Positions 29,269-39,700 of a stretch of 64,000 nucleotides of DNA are shown here, piece by piece (positions within the stretch are counted from its first letter, which is position 1; every line of letters begins with the position of its first letter). Under the pieces are notes generated by a model. It was not told the origin of the DNA. It did no database searches and was given only the letters and a program-made list of their open reading frames with translations. Made by a program: the position numbers and the translations under genes. Origin of the DNA: Promethearchaeota archaeon (GTDB lineage: Archaea > Asgardarchaeota > Lokiarchaeia > Sigyniarchaeales > SOKP01); assembly GCA_048938855.1 (NCBI GenBank), contig JBHLLT010000004.1:96001-160000 (forward strand), given 5' to 3'.

Positions 29269-29475
29269 TTATGTTCGTTTCGCTTTCCTAATATAAAGTA
29301 TATATGCCACAACCAAGATTCCCGCAATTGAGAAGCTAATAATTGCTGGGATGGGCGTCTCTACTAGCAGATGTCCTCAAGCTAATATGTTATATCCAAT
29401 TATTAATCCAACACCCATAACCAAGAAAACAACTATGAATGTGATTAAAAGCCCTTTAATTACATCCTTTCTCAT
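29269..29475 (-). CDS. putative small two-TM selenoprotein (68 aa, Sec33)
   Basis: MRKDVIKGLLITFIVVFLVMGVGLIIGYNILA-U-GHLLVETPIPAIISFSIAGILVVAYILYIRKAKRT; TGA at 29377-29379. Confidence 0.82.
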
Positions 29476-29593
29476 TTTAATCATTAAATTTCTATTTAAT
29501 TTATGACGATGAAAAAGAAAAATCATTATATAAAACTTGTTTAATAAAAGTTTGAAAATTTGGATTTGGTAAAAGCTGAAATAATTTTTTTAA

Positions 29594-30304
29594 TCAAATT
29601 AGTACTATTCCATTATGCTTTAGAATAAATTGAAAGTTCCATTTCATATCATTGAATTGTATAAGTAAATCTTTTTTTTCAGTATTAATTACTTTTCTCA
29701 ACTCGATATCAATTGTCTGAATTCTATCATATAGCTTATAGAAGAAAGGTCTAAGCTTTTGGAGAGTTGGATTATAAGTAACTTCATGAATTATGAACAA
29801 GATAATACCATTCCTTTTACAAAATATAATAAAAGGCATAAGAATTGTGTCGTAAAAGCTATCTAATATATATGAAACATGCTGTGGCGTATTAAAATGA
29901 GTTATTTTATAACGTAAATGGTGGGATATATTATCAATAACCAAGTATTTAAGATATGGGGGTAAAATGAAATTTGAGTTTAATATTTTTTCTATAATTG
30001 AAGATTGTTCTTCATATGTGCAGATTGGTCCTTTTTGAGGGATTATATAAATATTATTTACTACATATTCTAATTTTTGGGGATTATTTTCAAAAATTTG
30101 TGATATCCGTTTTACTGGAAACCTTTCGCTTGCTTGAACCCAAATACATGAATCTTTATATGGTTCGTTTTCGGTTAAAAGGTTACCTATTAGCTGAAGT
30201 GCAAATGTAGTCTTACCGGTCCCAGATTCACCAGAGATAGAGAGTATATTATGATGAGAAAATAACTTTTCAATACCATGGAATAGGTTCAATTCTGTCT
30301 GCAT
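29594..30304 (-). CDS. RadB/Rad51-paralog-like ATPase
   Basis: SISGESGTGKT, IWVQASERF, LVIDNISHHLR; no N-terminal HhH; start moved to MQTEL. Confidence 0.8.
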   Translation of the reverse strand: MQTELNLFHGIEKLFSHHNILSISGESGTGKTTFALQLIGNLLTENEPYKDSCIWVQASERFPVKRISQIFENNPQKLEYVVNNIYIIPQKGPICTYEEQSSIIEKILNSNFILPPYLKYLVIDNISHHLRYKITHFNTPQHVSYILDSFYDTILMPFIIFCKRNGIILFIIHEVTYNPTLQKLRPFFYKLYDRIQTIDIELRKVINTEKKDLLIQFNDMKWNFQFILKHNGIVLI

Positions 30305-30305
30305 G

Positions 30306-30650
30306 TTAATCTTCTTCAAGCAGTTCAAGTACTTCTTGTTTGATTTTATCTATTTGTTGATCCTTTTCTTTTTTTTTTTCATTATCTACTTGATTGTCAT
30401 TATTCTCTGAAGAAGAATTCATAAGCTGCTGTATCATCATTAACGTTATTAGGTCATCCATTCTACTGTCTTGCTGAGCATTTTTTCCACTAAAAAATCC
30501 AAATACCCCTCTATTCGAACCCGAAGATCTCGATTTGAAAAACAAATAGACAATTATAAACAATACAATAATAATAATGGCATACATTGGATTCTGTTGA
30601 TAGAAGATAAAAAATCCAAGTATTAACGCAATATAACAATATCCTTTCAT
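30306..30650 (-). CDS. small membrane protein
   Basis: Two N-terminal hydrophobic segments and a charged tail; apparent operon with the RadB-like gene. Confidence 0.7.
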   Translation of the reverse strand: MKGYCYIALILGFFIFYQQNPMYAIIIIVLFIIVYLFFKSRSSGSNRGVFGFFSGKNAQQDSRMDDLITLMMIQQLMNSSSENNDNQVDNEKKKEKDQQIDKIKQEVLELLEED

Positions 30651-30671
30651 TCATTCCACCTCTTTTTTATG

Positions 30672-31415
30672 TTATTTTTCCTTCCATGGTTTTTTTGGTT
30701 TATAATGCTTACGAGAAAATTGCTTAAACTTGATCTTCTCTGGTTGTTTGAAATTTCTTGATTTTGCTTTAAATACGATTTTTCTAACCCCAATAAACGA
30801 AAATTTTAACAGTAGGTAAATAGCGGTAATAGCTATATAATAAAAAAAATCTAAAATAAAGTAGATTTGAGTGAAAATTAAAAATAACCATAAAATTAAA
30901 ACTGATAGACAAATTAAGAGAATTTGATACCAGGAATAAGCTGGATCCTTTCTAAAAGAATGAGTTATATATTGCAAATCACCTTTAGAAGGAGACGCAG
31001 TCAAAAGTAGGGAAATCAATATAAAGATTGCAATTATTTTCACTAAAGGATTAAAAGATGGAGTAAAAATTACTCCAAACCATAATAAAAAAATTAACCA
31101 CGTACTAATATAGAGGGGTGCGAAACTGATTATAATTGTTTGTAGAAAGCTTGGTGGTTTTTCAAGACTTATCGACCCATAAACGCCACCATTATTTTGT
31201 TCGGTTTTTTTCTGCCATTTGATATTAAAACTATATGGCATTTTGCCTACGACTAAACTCATTAAATAATGAGCAAGCTCATGGAAAAAGACGCCAAAAA
31301 TACAAATTCGCAGAGCAATAGGCCTTAAAACTCCAGATCTATCACTATTTATGAAACTTGACATTATTAGAGATATGAATAATATGCCAAGAAAGATCAA
31401 TGGTTCTTCAATCAT
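30672..31415 (-). CDS. membrane zinc metallopeptidase (M50-like)
   Basis: GVFFHELAH, ISFAP and SPSKGD motifs; multiple TM. Confidence 0.78.
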   Translation of the reverse strand: MIEEPLIFLGILFISLIMSSFINSDRSGVLRPIALRICIFGVFFHELAHYLMSLVVGKMPYSFNIKWQKKTEQNNGGVYGSISLEKPPSFLQTIIISFAPLYISTWLIFLLWFGVIFTPSFNPLVKIIAIFILISLLLTASPSKGDLQYITHSFRKDPAYSWYQILLICLSVLILWLFLIFTQIYFILDFFYYIAITAIYLLLKFSFIGVRKIVFKAKSRNFKQPEKIKFKQFSRKHYKPKKPWKEK

Positions 31416-31871
31416 GAATTATTATACCATTCATCAAATATAAAGGAAAAAATGTGGAATTTAAATATTCCAAATTAGACTTAAATATAGAAAATATCAC
31501 CTTATTTATTAAAGACAACAAATTCAGAAAGAGAGGCCATTAAATTCGTTGTTTTGATACTGTGATATTAGAAATGGTAAGATTTTACTATACTTATCTT
31601 CCAAATTTATATAAGAATCATTATAATTTTATATTTCCTTACGTTTATTGATAAGTTTTGGTTTAATCTCGTTTATTTCGAGCAATTTGCTTTCATTGAC
31701 AGAAATGTCAATGCAGAATAGAATTAAAAAAATCATAAAATTTTTGTAACTACCAAAAAACTACCCCTTGAAATTGAAGAGAAGAAAGCTTCTTTTCATC
31801 GATTAAATTTTGAAGAAAAGATTTAAAAACCAAACTCCTTCCTTATATTCTTTAGGTAAATAAAAAAAATA

Positions 31872-33113
31872 GTGATCAAAACAATGGCAACTTATAAAGC
31901 ACTTCAAAATAGTCCGTTATCTATTATTAATTCTCACTTAGAATGTGATATTTGTGGTTCAGCAGATATTGTTGATACTTCAGAGGGATATGTATGTAGA
32001 AAATGTGGAATTGTTCTTGAAATTCAAAAACTCCAGTACAATCGACCTTATAATAAAGATTTGATTCAACATTCAATAGGGACTGGGAAAACTCAGATTG
32101 GAAATAATCGCGAAAGATATGTCTCACCAAATTCAGAAAAGTTGAATAGATTAAACAGACAAAATTCAATAATTCCTAATGAACAAGCGATTATTGAAAG
32201 AGCTGATTTAGAGATATCAAGAATCTTCAGTGAATTAAACTTAAGTGAATTTGATACACTCAAAAAGATGGTTCTTAGTAAATTTAAAGAGATTAGATCT
32301 AAATTAAGAAAAGGAGTAAAATTTCGTAATACGGATAAATTAGTTTCTATAATCATCTATTTTTGTCTTAAACTTCGAAACATATCGATAAATGCAATTG
32401 AATTAATTAATGTTTCGAAGATTACCAAAAAGGAATTTAATGATTTTTGTTTACAAGTAAGAAAATTTATTCCTGAATATTTAGATCGAAACAGACAAAA
32501 ATATATTCTTAACCAGATTTTTGAGGTTTCTCAACATTTTGAACTTGGAATGGAATTCTTTCATCTTGCCCGGAAAATCTTAAAAAAATTATGGCATGGC
32601 ATCAAAGACACGACTGATGCCGCCCTCGCCGGATTAGTATCCTCAATCTCTCTTTTATGTTCTCAAAATGAAGAGGTAACTGTCAGTGCGATATGTAATC
32701 GATTAGGGATAAGAATGTCTACAATCCAAGCTCAAGTTAAAAAGAAAATTATTAATGAATTTCGTGTTGAAGGATTTATTAGTCTTATTAAATCTGCTGA
32801 TCTTTTGGTACAAATTATGGATAAAATGGGATTAATTAACGACAGGCCTTTCATACGCCAAAAAGTGATAGCTGAAGCATCTGAAATTGTTGAGATTGAT
32901 GTTGGTAATGCTGACAGAGTGTTTAATGCCATTGATAACATAGATTATTATTATGCTTATTATGTAATTAAAGGTGATGATAATAAAGTAATATTTATCA
33001 ACGTAGCCATTTATCATTTTGATGATTCCTTTAAGAAAAATGAAAAGCCTCAAAGTATGGCATTTCTGGATTTTTTACTTTATAGGTACCCTCTTCCAAC
33101 CGGACCTCCATGA
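31872..33113 (+). CDS. tfb: divergent transcription initiation factor IIB paralog
   Basis: Zinc ribbon CDIC...YVCRKCG, two cyclin repeats, C-terminal extension. Confidence 0.82.
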   Translation: MIKTMATYKALQNSPLSIINSHLECDICGSADIVDTSEGYVCRKCGIVLEIQKLQYNRPYNKDLIQHSIGTGKTQIGNNRERYVSPNSEKLNRLNRQNSIIPNEQAIIERADLEISRIFSELNLSEFDTLKKMVLSKFKEIRSKLRKGVKFRNTDKLVSIIIYFCLKLRNISINAIELINVSKITKKEFNDFCLQVRKFIPEYLDRNRQKYILNQIFEVSQHFELGMEFFHLARKILKKLWHGIKDTTDAALAGLVSSISLLCSQNEEVTVSAICNRLGIRMSTIQAQVKKKIINEFRVEGFISLIKSADLLVQIMDKMGLINDRPFIRQKVIAEASEIVEIDVGNADRVFNAIDNIDYYYAYYVIKGDDNKVIFINVAIYHFDDSFKKNEKPQSMAFLDFLLYRYPLPTGPP

Positions 33114-33270
33114 AGTGAAATTTAACAAACCTTAGCCCGACTTTAATTCTCAATTTTGAATTTTTTTCCTTTCTATTTCTGTTGAAATATTCTATGTTAT
33201 GATTTTTTATTTATAAATATCTATCAGAATCTTCTCTCAAATATTAATTAATATAGCAAGTGAATCATAT

Positions 33271-36198
33271 ATGAATAGAAAATATCAGCATAAATTATAT
33301 GTAATACTAATTCTTTTTAGTTTAAGTATAGTTCTTACACCTTTTATAAATAACCTTTCTGGACAAGGAAAAACACAAAATATCTTGTATAATGAAATTC
33401 CATCTCAGGATTTAACTGCCTCTACGGGAGATAACAGCGAATTATTAGATACTATCTTCAATAATAAAATACTAGGATATAACAATAAGGGGTATTTTCC
33501 CCAAATTTATGAACCTTCTTTACAGGCTACATATTATGCTTTATATACACTCAGTAGCGTTGGTAAATTGCATGAGATTAATCAATCTGATGTAATTGAA
33601 TACATTATGGAACATTATGAAGAGGGTGAAACTCGATTCATGGATATTTTATCATACAGATATTTAGATACTGATTTTTCTAAAACATATTTTCCCTTAA
33701 GTACAGTACTAGAAGTAACATGTTATGCCATACTTTCGTTAGAAATTCTTAATGCATTAGATTCAATGGATGTCCAAACAATGATAGAGTTTATATGGAG
33801 CTGTTATAATCCTAACAGTGGAGCATTTATTGGCCAACCTTATAATACAGTTTTAGAGGATGAATTTAAGATCGCGACAGCAGATAATACTTATTTCGCT
33901 GTTATCACATTAGATTTACTTATGGATGATTGGCTCGGGTATTCTACCCAGAAAGATTCAATAATAGCATTTATGAACGGACTTCAAATAACTGGTGAGG
34001 GTGGTTGGATTACAGGAGGTTTTGATAATGATGAGGAAGGAAATTTCAATTCACTTCTCTTCCATCATGAGCCTAATTTATTATCTTCATATTATTGCAT
34101 TAAAACACTAGAAGTGTTTGGAATGGTATCGAGTATCAATGAACCAGAATTTCACCAGTTTTTAACTTATCTATATGATTCAAATTATTATTTTTTCCAT
34201 ATATCAGAAATAGATTATGGGGTAAATTATACAAATATTGTAGCAACATCTATTGGCCTAGAGTTGTCTAATATCACAAATTTTACAGAGATAGACAGAG
34301 TCGGGACGCTATCATTTGTTTTAGATAATCGTAATTCATTAGGTAATTGGGATCAATCCACTACGGTAGTACTCCATGAACTTATTGATACTTATCAAAT
34401 TATTCGTTCATTAAACAATACTGGAGAGATTAAACTTATATCTAATGAAGATAAAAATCAGATAGGAAATGCAACATTATTCTATCAATCATATAAAGGA
34501 TTTTCACATCTTTCTATGGATTATACTTCAATGAACCTAATCTATACAATTACAAGCTCTTTTGATTTATATGATCGAACTTCAGATTTGGACATTCAGC
34601 AACTTTATAGGGCTATTAGAGATTCCTATAATAATTTTCCTCCCAATAAAGCTTCTAGGTATTTTTATGGCTTTTTACGTGAATATTCTTTAATTGGCTG
34701 GTTCCGCTCATACCCTATAGAATATTATACTTCTAGTTATAAGAATTATATTGAAGAGATTACTCAGATTAACTCTCATCAATCAACATACTATGCATTA
34801 GAATCTCTAGTTAATCTTTTTAAATTAGATGATTTCGGAAGCACATATGATTTATTGGATTTGATGAGGGATATTGTGAAAACCCAATTTCTGAACTATT
34901 CCTATTATGATACATTTGGCGGATTCTCTTCTCTCTTAAAATATACAGAAGATATGTCTGATGTTATTAATAGTAAGATATATTGTGATTATACTTATTA
35001 TGCTATCAAAAGTCTACAAATTCTATGTGATTATTTTGGATTACCTATAGATGAGACTGGTATTGATCTAACTGCTTTGTATACGTATATTGATAGACAT
35101 ATTATTGAATCTCCCACGACTCTTTATTTCGATCCTAATTATGCCAACGATATCGAATCCATACTAAAAACTACATATTACATGTTTTATGTACTAGATG
35201 CAATTGATTTATACAATAAGAACAGTCAAAAAGTTAAAAATTATATTGAGACAAATCTCAACTATTCTAATATTGAAAACATATATTACAGCTATAAACT
35301 CTCAAAACTTTTAAATTTGAGTATTGAATTTGACTTTCATCAGATTCATGCTTTAATACAAGAACTTTATACAGAAGAATTTGATGAGTTTTATTCGACT
35401 CCTGCCAATAACCTACTTAACCAAGAAATCTTTCTCTGGATCTGTGATATGGCCCGAACAAGTCAAATTGAAATTGAAGCTTATTATTCTGATATATGTC
35501 CATTAGGTGGGGTAAATTACATGGAAGCATCTCTATATAATCTTGTTTTAAGGAATTTTGGTACGTATATTACTTTCAAATTTGAAAGCGATCAGCTTGG
35601 GACCTTTATTTTTTCAAAATTAGCAAACAATTCATATATATACAACCTCTTGATTCCCTTAAGTTCAAATAGTTATCCAATAATTGAAGGATATTTAAGA
35701 GCATATGAAGGACTAGAATTAAAAGCAGAACAATATATCTGCTTTTCGACTAATTATTCCTTAGAATATGCTGTGAGTTCTCAGACAGAAATAAGTGGTT
35801 TAGTCTTTAAGATTAATGTTTCAGTTTTAACCAATAATGAGAAATATCCAATAACGAATGGAAATGCATTTGTTCGAATCTATAGAAATGATGTATTTTT
35901 AGGTGAAATCCAAGCAAACCATCAAATTCTTTCAGATTATAGTATATTTAGTATTAATTATAATCCTATAAAAACAGGCCATTTTTACTTTGAATTTTAT
36001 CTTAATGATGGTATTTCTGATTCTTTAATGAATATCAAAAATATCCTTCTTGATATAAATGAAATTTCAGAGAGTTACAAAGAGAATATTATAACTGCAA
36101 TTCCATTAACGATAGTATTTATAGCGGTTCCTGGAACTATCTTTATTGTTTCATCTAAAAAGCTAAATAAATTAAAAAAAGAATCTAAGTATAGCTAA
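33271..36198 (+). CDS. large secreted prenyltransferase/squalene-cyclase-repeat (alpha/alpha barrel) protein with C-terminal TM anchor
   Basis: Signal peptide; repeated TYYA/TYFA helices with GAF/GGF turns; C-terminal TM followed by a basic tail. Confidence 0.7.
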   Translation: MNRKYQHKLYVILILFSLSIVLTPFINNLSGQGKTQNILYNEIPSQDLTASTGDNSELLDTIFNNKILGYNNKGYFPQIYEPSLQATYYALYTLSSVGKLHEINQSDVIEYIMEHYEEGETRFMDILSYRYLDTDFSKTYFPLSTVLEVTCYAILSLEILNALDSMDVQTMIEFIWSCYNPNSGAFIGQPYNTVLEDEFKIATADNTYFAVITLDLLMDDWLGYSTQKDSIIAFMNGLQITGEGGWITGGFDNDEEGNFNSLLFHHEPNLLSSYYCIKTLEVFGMVSSINEPEFHQFLTYLYDSNYYFFHISEIDYGVNYTNIVATSIGLELSNITNFTEIDRVGTLSFVLDNRNSLGNWDQSTTVVLHELIDTYQIIRSLNNTGEIKLISNEDKNQIGNATLFYQSYKGFSHLSMDYTSMNLIYTITSSFDLYDRTSDLDIQQLYRAIRDSYNNFPPNKASRYFYGFLREYSLIGWFRSYPIEYYTSSYKNYIEEITQINSHQSTYYALESLVNLFKLDDFGSTYDLLDLMRDIVKTQFLNYSYYDTFGGFSSLLKYTEDMSDVINSKIYCDYTYYAIKSLQILCDYFGLPIDETGIDLTALYTYIDRHIIESPTTLYFDPNYANDIESILKTTYYMFYVLDAIDLYNKNSQKVKNYIETNLNYSNIENIYYSYKLSKLLNLSIEFDFHQIHALIQELYTEEFDEFYSTPANNLLNQEIFLWICDMARTSQIEIEAYYSDICPLGGVNYMEASLYNLVLRNFGTYITFKFESDQLGTFIFSKLANNSYIYNLLIPLSSNSYPIIEGYLRAYEGLELKAEQYICFSTNYSLEYAVSSQTEISGLVFKINVSVLTNNEKYPITNGNAFVRIYRNDVFLGEIQANHQILSDYSIFSINYNPIKTGHFYFEFYLNDGISDSLMNIKNILLDINEISESYKENIITAIPLTIVFIAVPGTIFIVSSKKLNKLKKESKYS

Positions 36199-36241
36199 TT
36201 CAAAATTTTTCCTTTTTATTTAATCACTATTTAAATGTTAT

Positions 36242-36868
36242 TTGATGACTTTAACCTCAGATTTGAATAGTGCCAGACATTATAATATAGAGCAATTTCA
36301 AAAGATTCTTAAGGTTATTAATCAAATCGTAGATTATTTAGCAAAATTTGAAAACCATTATGATAGAAAGTTTAATTTTACTAAACTAATAAAACTTTTG
36401 AATATACCGCTATCTCAAACTGATGGTATAATCTATTTATTGCTAAATTTTCAAGAGAAATTTGAAAATGTGTTTAATGAATACAGGATAAAAAAATACT
36501 TAGCAAATAACCACGTATATCTTAAAACTGAGAGAAAGAATGAATACGAGAAAATTGATGCGCCTCAAGTAGTTCAAATATCAAGCGCCCACATAGAATT
36601 GTTAAATGATATTACCTATATTTTTAAGCACGTAAAGAGAGGAAATGGTTTTGATATTATTAAGAACGGATCAGAATTATTGGCTAAAGTAAAAAAACTA
36701 CGAGATACACACCCCTATTTGTTTGAAACAAAAGGAAATGGTGTTGTATACCCCTCTGAACTTGGATTAAAATTAGGTGAAATTATTATTTCTTACAGCA
36801 AGAGCAACAAAAAGATTCAAACTATAGATGTTGGAAATCATAAATTTATGGTGAGGAAAGATGGGTGA
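36242..36868 (+). CDS. hypothetical protein
   Basis: 208 aa ORF overlapping the hef start; promoter variant at 36206-36220. Confidence 0.7.
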   Translation: MMTLTSDLNSARHYNIEQFQKILKVINQIVDYLAKFENHYDRKFNFTKLIKLLNIPLSQTDGIIYLLLNFQEKFENVFNEYRIKKYLANNHVYLKTERKNEYEKIDAPQVVQISSAHIELLNDITYIFKHVKRGNGFDIIKNGSELLAKVKKLRDTHPYLFETKGNGVVYPSELGLKLGEIIISYSKSNKKIQTIDVGNHKFMVRKDG

Positions 36869-39032
36869 AGCAAGACAAACCATGGAAAAAAATGAATCGA
36901 TTTTAAACTCAGCTTATTTGGAAATTAGAGATTATCAGGTAAAAATTGCTGAAGAGTGTGCTGGAAAGAACTCATTGGTAGTGCTTCCCACGGGGTTAGG
37001 TAAAACAATAATTGCTGTTCTAGTTGCAAGTAAAGTATTAGAAAGATTTCCAACAGGTAGTAAAGTTATTGTACTCGCTCCTACAAGGCCATTAATAAAC
37101 CAACATTATCATACATTTTTGAAGTTTCTTAAGATCTCTGAAGATAAATTTGCAATCCTTACAGGAAAGTTACTCCCTGATCACCGAATAGATATTTTTA
37201 ATCAGAATCAAATATTATTTTATACTCCTCAAACTCTCAGAAATGACCTAGTAAATCAAAAATATAATCTCTTGAATACAGCTTTAGTGATTTTTGATGA
37301 AGCTCACCATGGGATAGGAGATTATCCCTATACTATGATTGCTGATGAATTTATTGATCATAATCCAGATGGGATCATTTTAGGACTTACTGCTTCTCCT
37401 GGAGCTTCAAAAAATAAAATTGCAATATTATGTAAAAATTTACATATTCCTATAGATAATATCCATATTAGAACCCGAAAAGATGAAGATGTAAAAACTT
37501 ACCTCAAACCAATGGATATCTACAAAATAGGGGTAGATTTAACCAGTCTAATGGAGGATGTGTACCAATTAATTACAAATGTCTTAGAGGAAAGACTACA
37601 TTATCTTTCCCAACTTAATTTTTTAGAACCAAAGGGAACTGAACTATATAAAAAAATCATAAGAAAAGATTTACTAAAGTTAAACTCAGAATTAGTAACT
37701 GCTATAAAAGGAAATGGAGATAAAACTGGGGTGTATAGTGCATTATCGATTAATGCCCAAGCCTTAATATTATTTCATATGCTTGAATTAGTAGAACAGC
37801 AAGGCTTAGATGTGTTATTAGATTATTTCAATAAACTCCATCTGGATGCAAAGAAGAAAAGTAGTTCAAAAGCAACTAAAATATTATCATCGGATGGGCG
37901 ATTGCATCGTATATTTTTAGAATTAAAAAAAAATATCGATTTTTTTCCTGAACAGTTGGTCCATCCCAAATATCATATTCTAGTTAAAATCATCCTCGAT
38001 GAAATTAATAATAATGCAAATTCACGAATCTTAGTATTTGTAAAATTACGTAGTTCAGTAAAAAATATAACAAAAAAACTACAAAAAATTCCTTCAATTA
38101 AAGCAGTACGATTTGTAGGACAATCAACAAAATCCATTGAAGATAAAGGAATGTCTCAAAAACAACAAATAGAAATTTTGGATCAGTTTAAAGCTGGTCA
38201 ATATAATGTGCTAGTTTCTACTAACGTTGGTGAAGAGGGGTTGGATATTGCTGAATGTGATTTAGTTATATTTTATGATGTAGTTGCTTCAGATATTAGG
38301 TTTATTCAGCGAAAGGGGCGAACTGCTCGACATAGAGAGGGTAAAGTCATCATTCTTTATAGTAAGGAAACACGAGATGAGATCTATTTAAGAATCGCTC
38401 TGAGTAAACTGAAAAGAATGAACCTTCAACTTAGAAAACCCCATCAATTAAAGACTTCTTTTAATCAAACGCCTTTCAATGTTCAAAGACCAATTATCAA
38501 GGCGAAGAGTCAAATTACTAAACCTCAAAAAGAGAATAAACCAATCAATGTCATGAGAAACAAAGTAGGAATAAGGCAATATCAGTCAAAACTCCAAAAT
38601 TTTATAGAAAAAAAAACAGATAGCGAAATTACTCCTAAAAATGTTCCTCTTAAGATAAGTAAATTTTTACCAATGAAGTTTGGATTGAGAAAAAGATTTC
38701 AAAGAGATAATATCTCATTTAATATTATTGAAAACGGTCTTCATATTTTAATTCATAATAAAATCCTGATTCAGATCTTTAATCCTAAAATGTTTAAAGA
38801 AGATAAATTCTTGACTGAAATTGATGAGTTCAGGCAAATTTCTTCATTAGTAATCATTATTTTTGATTTTATTGACTTTTTTGAATCTATTAAGGGAGAA
38901 AAAAGAGTTATTGAAAGAAAAATACAGATATTTGCCAAACAACATAATATACAAGTGATTTGTATTGATAATGATGAAGAATTATATTTTATAATAAAAA
39001 ATATATTAGAAAATCCACAATTGGAGAATTAA
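36861..39032 (+). CDS. hef: Hef/FANCM-like SF2 helicase with degenerate C-terminal nuclease-like region
   Basis: RDYQ, LPTGLGKT, LAPTRPL, DEAHH, LTASPG, EEGLDI and QRKGRTAR; no ERK nuclease motif seen. Confidence 0.9.
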   Translation: MGEARQTMEKNESILNSAYLEIRDYQVKIAEECAGKNSLVVLPTGLGKTIIAVLVASKVLERFPTGSKVIVLAPTRPLINQHYHTFLKFLKISEDKFAILTGKLLPDHRIDIFNQNQILFYTPQTLRNDLVNQKYNLLNTALVIFDEAHHGIGDYPYTMIADEFIDHNPDGIILGLTASPGASKNKIAILCKNLHIPIDNIHIRTRKDEDVKTYLKPMDIYKIGVDLTSLMEDVYQLITNVLEERLHYLSQLNFLEPKGTELYKKIIRKDLLKLNSELVTAIKGNGDKTGVYSALSINAQALILFHMLELVEQQGLDVLLDYFNKLHLDAKKKSSSKATKILSSDGRLHRIFLELKKNIDFFPEQLVHPKYHILVKIILDEINNNANSRILVFVKLRSSVKNITKKLQKIPSIKAVRFVGQSTKSIEDKGMSQKQQIEILDQFKAGQYNVLVSTNVGEEGLDIAECDLVIFYDVVASDIRFIQRKGRTARHREGKVIILYSKETRDEIYLRIALSKLKRMNLQLRKPHQLKTSFNQTPFNVQRPIIKAKSQITKPQKENKPINVMRNKVGIRQYQSKLQNFIEKKTDSEITPKNVPLKISKFLPMKFGLRKRFQRDNISFNIIENGLHILIHNKILIQIFNPKMFKEDKFLTEIDEFRQISSLVIIIFDFIDFFESIKGEKRVIERKIQIFAKQHNIQVICIDNDEELYFIIKNILENPQLEN

Positions 39033-39035
39033 AGC

Positions 39036-39560
39036 ATGGAAAATAAAACCTGGGAAAGAGATACGACTCCTTACGTAGTGTTTGCATGTGAAAAATGCCA
39101 TCAATATACATATGTAAAAAGAACTCAAAAATCTAAGAGATGTGTTAGGTGCGGGTATACTCATATAATAAATAAAATTAAGCATCAAGGTGAAATTGTA
39201 AATGGAATCTCAAAAGCAGTTGAGTTGGTGAAACAGAAACAAAATGGACTTGCAGTAATGGAATTAGGTTCAGAACCAGAGTTTAGAACCTCAGGGGATT
39301 TTATTATTACTGGAAATGAAGTTAAACAAAACCAAAAATTACATCATAAATCAATTCATGATGATTATTCCAAAATATTTGAAGCCATGTTGTATAATTT
39401 ATCTGAAACTCATAAATCATTTCCCTACTATATTATTGAAATTATAGCAGAAAATTATGGAATCCCACAAACTGAAGTGAAACTATTGGTAAGAAATTTT
39501 GAAAAATCTGGTGTTTTAATACGTTCAAAAAATTATTATTACCAAGTTAAATTAATCTAG
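39036..39560 (+). CDS. zinc-ribbon (DUF1922-like) plus winged-helix protein
   Basis: YVVFACEKC...KRCVRCG; C-terminal wHTH-like segment. Confidence 0.65.
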   Translation: MENKTWERDTTPYVVFACEKCHQYTYVKRTQKSKRCVRCGYTHIINKIKHQGEIVNGISKAVELVKQKQNGLAVMELGSEPEFRTSGDFIITGNEVKQNQKLHHKSIHDDYSKIFEAMLYNLSETHKSFPYYIIEIIAENYGIPQTEVKLLVRNFEKSGVLIRSKNYYYQVKLI

Positions 39561-39700
39561 GCGTTTTATTTAATTGATAATTCTAATCTAATAGAAAATA
39601 TGCTTAAAATACTAATATTTCGTGACACTCAAGTGTTGCCAACCTGATGTTAAATTCATCAAAACAAACAGCACATTTAACAATATTAAGAAAACGAAAT

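Noticed and set aside
27384-29475. The five TGA ORFs as pseudogenes or as general TGA=Trp recoding
   Set aside because: The stop is always TGA, single and at the same structural position, with no frameshifts. TGG encodes Trp here and TGA ends other genes in the window (e.g. 33113, 47128).
33111-33125. TGA at the end of the TFB paralog as possible Sec (PP-U-SEI)
   Set aside because: Only three codons follow and no SECIS-like hairpin is visible downstream
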